NCBI RefSeq assembly: GCF_021054785.1
Contig: NZ_CP088239.1
Span: 2,010,001 to 2,042,000 of the forward strand
From: Tannockella kyphosi
GTDB lineage: Bacteria; Bacillota_I; Bacilli_A; Erysipelotrichales; Coprobacillaceae
Direction of reading: 5' to 3'
DNA: 32,000 nt
The position numbers and the translations under genes were made by a program. Positions 30,403-32,000 of the stretch are shown here, piece by piece (position 1 is the first letter of the stretch; each line of letters begins with the position of its first letter). The notes below the pieces were generated by a model. That model was given only the letters and a program-made list of their open reading frames with translations. It was not told the DNA's origin and ran no database searches.

Positions 30403-31665
30403 TTACTCATATATAAGTATCATGGTAAAACTATTCATCTCATCATTAGAAATCCATATATAAGAAGAAGCTCCTGTTATGTTTGCTTGATTCACTACTT
30501 TTGATATTAAATCATCATTATTAATATTCCATATTATTTGATTATATATCTCACTATCACTTGTTTTCCAAACATAATAATTATCTACTACTGGATTTTT
30601 AAAGATTTCTACTAACCTTGACTCACTATAAGTATCTACTACTAATCCTTCTACTACAAAGAAATTATATTGTGTGGCTGTTACTTCTGGTAATTCAAAA
30701 TAATCATCTGCATAATGATTACTAGCAATATCTTCTTCTGTCACTAATAGGTAATCATAGTTTATTTGTTCTGCTAATAAGGATGCATTTTCATCACTTG
30801 AATAATTAGGATCTCCCCATGTTACATCCACATAATAATATTCATCCTCAATAAGAACTAAATTCCATCCATGTCCTTCCTCACTCTCAAAAAAACTCGT
30901 AGTACCGCTTATGAAAGTACAAGAAATACCCATCTCATTTAATATATATTGCATTGCTCTAGCATATCCCGCACATACTGCCTCTTGTTTAACAAGCGCC
31001 CCATAGCTTGTTTGATCATAATCACTAAATTCATATTCAACATGAAATACAATATATTCATAAACAGCTTTTACTTTTTCATAATCTGTTGCATCCCCAT
31101 CTATTCCACTGATTGCTTCTTGGACTACTTGTTTTGCTTCTTCTTTTTGTATTTCTATTTCTTCTGTGTCATAACGATAGTCAAATACTATCGTACAATT
31201 TGTAGTTGAGAAAAAATCACTACGCTTAACACTTATAGTTTCAACATATTCAGCTTCATAAAAATCAGAACGAATACAATTCCATATTTTTGTAATATCA
31301 TCTTCTGTTATATCCTTTGTTTTAAAAGAAATATTTGGTTCTAAATTAATAATAGCTTCTGCCATTAATAAATATATTTTTTGTTCATCTTGACTTAACG
31401 TACTATATGCCCAATATTCCAAATCTTCTTCAAACACTTCTTCTTTTTCTTCAAATAAAGAATAATCTAATGATTCTATTGATTGATAACTAGTTTGCAT
31501 TTCTTCAATCCATGTATTCATATCAAATTCATTATCTAATAGATTACTTGCAGTGACTCCTATTACTGCTATCACTGTCATAATACAAATAATTTTGATT
31601 ATAAACATAATAAACTTTGCAATAATCACGCTTATTTTCTTTTTTTCTCTTCTCTCTGGTTCCAT
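30403..31665 (-). CDS. Membrane-anchored transglutaminase-like (papain-fold Cys-His-Asp) domain protein
   Basis: N-terminal basic stretch plus a single TM (ISVIIAKFIMFIIKIICIMTVIAVIGV). Transglutaminase-core triad context: QEAVCAGYARAMQYIL (Cys), EGHGWNLV (His), YYYVDVTWGD (Asp). GGGGAG Shine-Dalgarno. Confidence 0.8.
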   Translation of the reverse strand: MEPERREKKKISVIIAKFIMFIIKIICIMTVIAVIGVTASNLLDNEFDMNTWIEEMQTSYQSIESLDYSLFEEKEEVFEEDLEYWAYSTLSQDEQKIYLLMAEAIINLEPNISFKTKDITEDDITKIWNCIRSDFYEAEYVETISVKRSDFFSTTNCTIVFDYRYDTEEIEIQKEEAKQVVQEAISGIDGDATDYEKVKAVYEYIVFHVEYEFSDYDQTSYGALVKQEAVCAGYARAMQYILNEMGISCTFISGTTSFFESEEGHGWNLVLIEDEYYYVDVTWGDPNYSSDENASLLAEQINYDYLLVTEEDIASNHYADDYFELPEVTATQYNFFVVEGLVVDTYSESRLVEIFKNPVVDNYYVWKTSDSEIYNQIIWNINNDDLISKVVNQANITGASSYIWISNDEMNSFTMILIYE

Positions 31666-31689
31666 ATATATCTCCCCTTTTATATTTTT

Positions 31690-31718
31690 ATTATCTATCA
31701 GATCCTAATGTTTGTAAA
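31690..31718 (-). promoter_or_regulatory. Candidate promoter of the transglutaminase-like/helicase operon
   Basis: Minus strand TTTACA - 17 nt - GATAAT, about 25 nt upstream of the ATG at 31665 and directly downstream of a terminator. Confidence 0.45.
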
Positions 31719-31723
31719 TAGCA

Positions 31724-31750
31724 ATAATAAAAAAGTAGATGCTATCTACT
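31724..31750 (-). terminator. Intrinsic terminator after the small membrane-protein gene
   Basis: Minus strand AGTAGAT-AGC-ATCTACT followed by TTTTTATTATT. The TAG stop spans the stem/loop junction. An A-run on the other side makes it formally bidirectional. Confidence 0.65.
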
Positions 31751-31975
31751 TTTTTTATCTGCTATATAAATTAAAATTGTTCCTGCTAATTGTAAAACAA
31801 TGCTTTGCACAAATACTGCTACTAACAACAGTAAAACAATAGACGTAATATCTACTAATTCTCCTGTATTAATGGCTGCTAATATTATATAAACAGGTAA
31901 TAAAACAAGGCTTACTTTTTTTAAAAACTTTGATCCTCTTATAAAGTGATTTCCTATATAATGATATCTTTCCAT
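31742..31975 (-). CDS. Small hydrophobic protein (2 predicted TM helices), unknown function
   Basis: ORF with two hydrophobic stretches (VSLVLLPVYIILAAI; IVLLLLVAVFVQSIVLQLAGTILIYI). The ATG at 31975 is preferred over the TTG at 31987. There is no clear Shine-Dalgarno, so coding status is only moderately supported. Confidence 0.4.
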   Translation of the reverse strand: MERYHYIGNHFIRGSKFLKKVSLVLLPVYIILAAINTGELVDITSIVLLLLVAVFVQSIVLQLAGTILIYIADKKSR

Positions 31976-32000
31976 CTTATTTACCAATACAAAAGCGTTT

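Noticed and set aside
1-32000. Mobile elements, prophage, CRISPR arrays, tRNA/rRNA genes, toxin-antitoxin pairs
   Set aside because: Scanning all intergenic regions and ORF products revealed no transposase, integrase or recombinase. There are no direct-repeat/spacer arrays, no cloverleaf-like or rRNA-like sequences, and no small adjacent ORF pairs. The intergenic spaces are short and are explained by promoters, one riboswitch and terminators.

Overview
AT-rich, Firmicute-type chromosomal segment. The rpsF-ssb-rpsR synteny, strong GGAGG-type ribosome-binding sites and many intrinsic terminators suggest an Erysipelotrichia/Clostridia-like organism. I can support 31 protein-coding genes, 25 of them on the minus strand, plus one lysine (L-box) riboswitch. 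I saw no rRNA, tRNA, CRISPR array, IS element, integrase or phage genes. From left to right the window contains: the 5' end of a uracil permease; rpsR-ssb-rpsF; a HAD hydrolase; an RpiR-regulated PTS(EIIABC)/GH38 alpha-mannosidase/glycerate kinase operon that looks like mannosylglycerate catabolism; ispD; a LytTR regulator paired with a LiaF-like membrane protein; a compact ClpC-like ATPase; a small secreted protein; a RelQ/RelP-type small alarmone synthetase; pnuC; an L-box-controlled ACT-dapA-dapB-lysA-GNAT operon; a LacI regulator; an uncharacterised HgdC/BcrAD-type double ATPase fused to HgdAB/DUF2229-like modules, with a histidine phosphatase; mgtE; a Gfo/Idh/MocA oxidoreductase; an ArsC/Spx-family protein; and a self-contained two-gene operon. 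That operon encodes a membrane-anchored transglutaminase-like protein and a superfamily-2 helicase whose motor is separated from an unrecognised C-terminal domain by a transmembrane hairpin. I rank it as the best candidate for an undescribed system. The orphan radical-enzyme-activase-like operon and the LytTR/LiaF-like pair come next. Several start codons in the ORF track look over-extended, and I have trimmed them to the ATG/TTG that has a proper Shine-Dalgarno sequence. Coordinates of small RNA and DNA motifs were read by eye and may be off by 1-2 nt.
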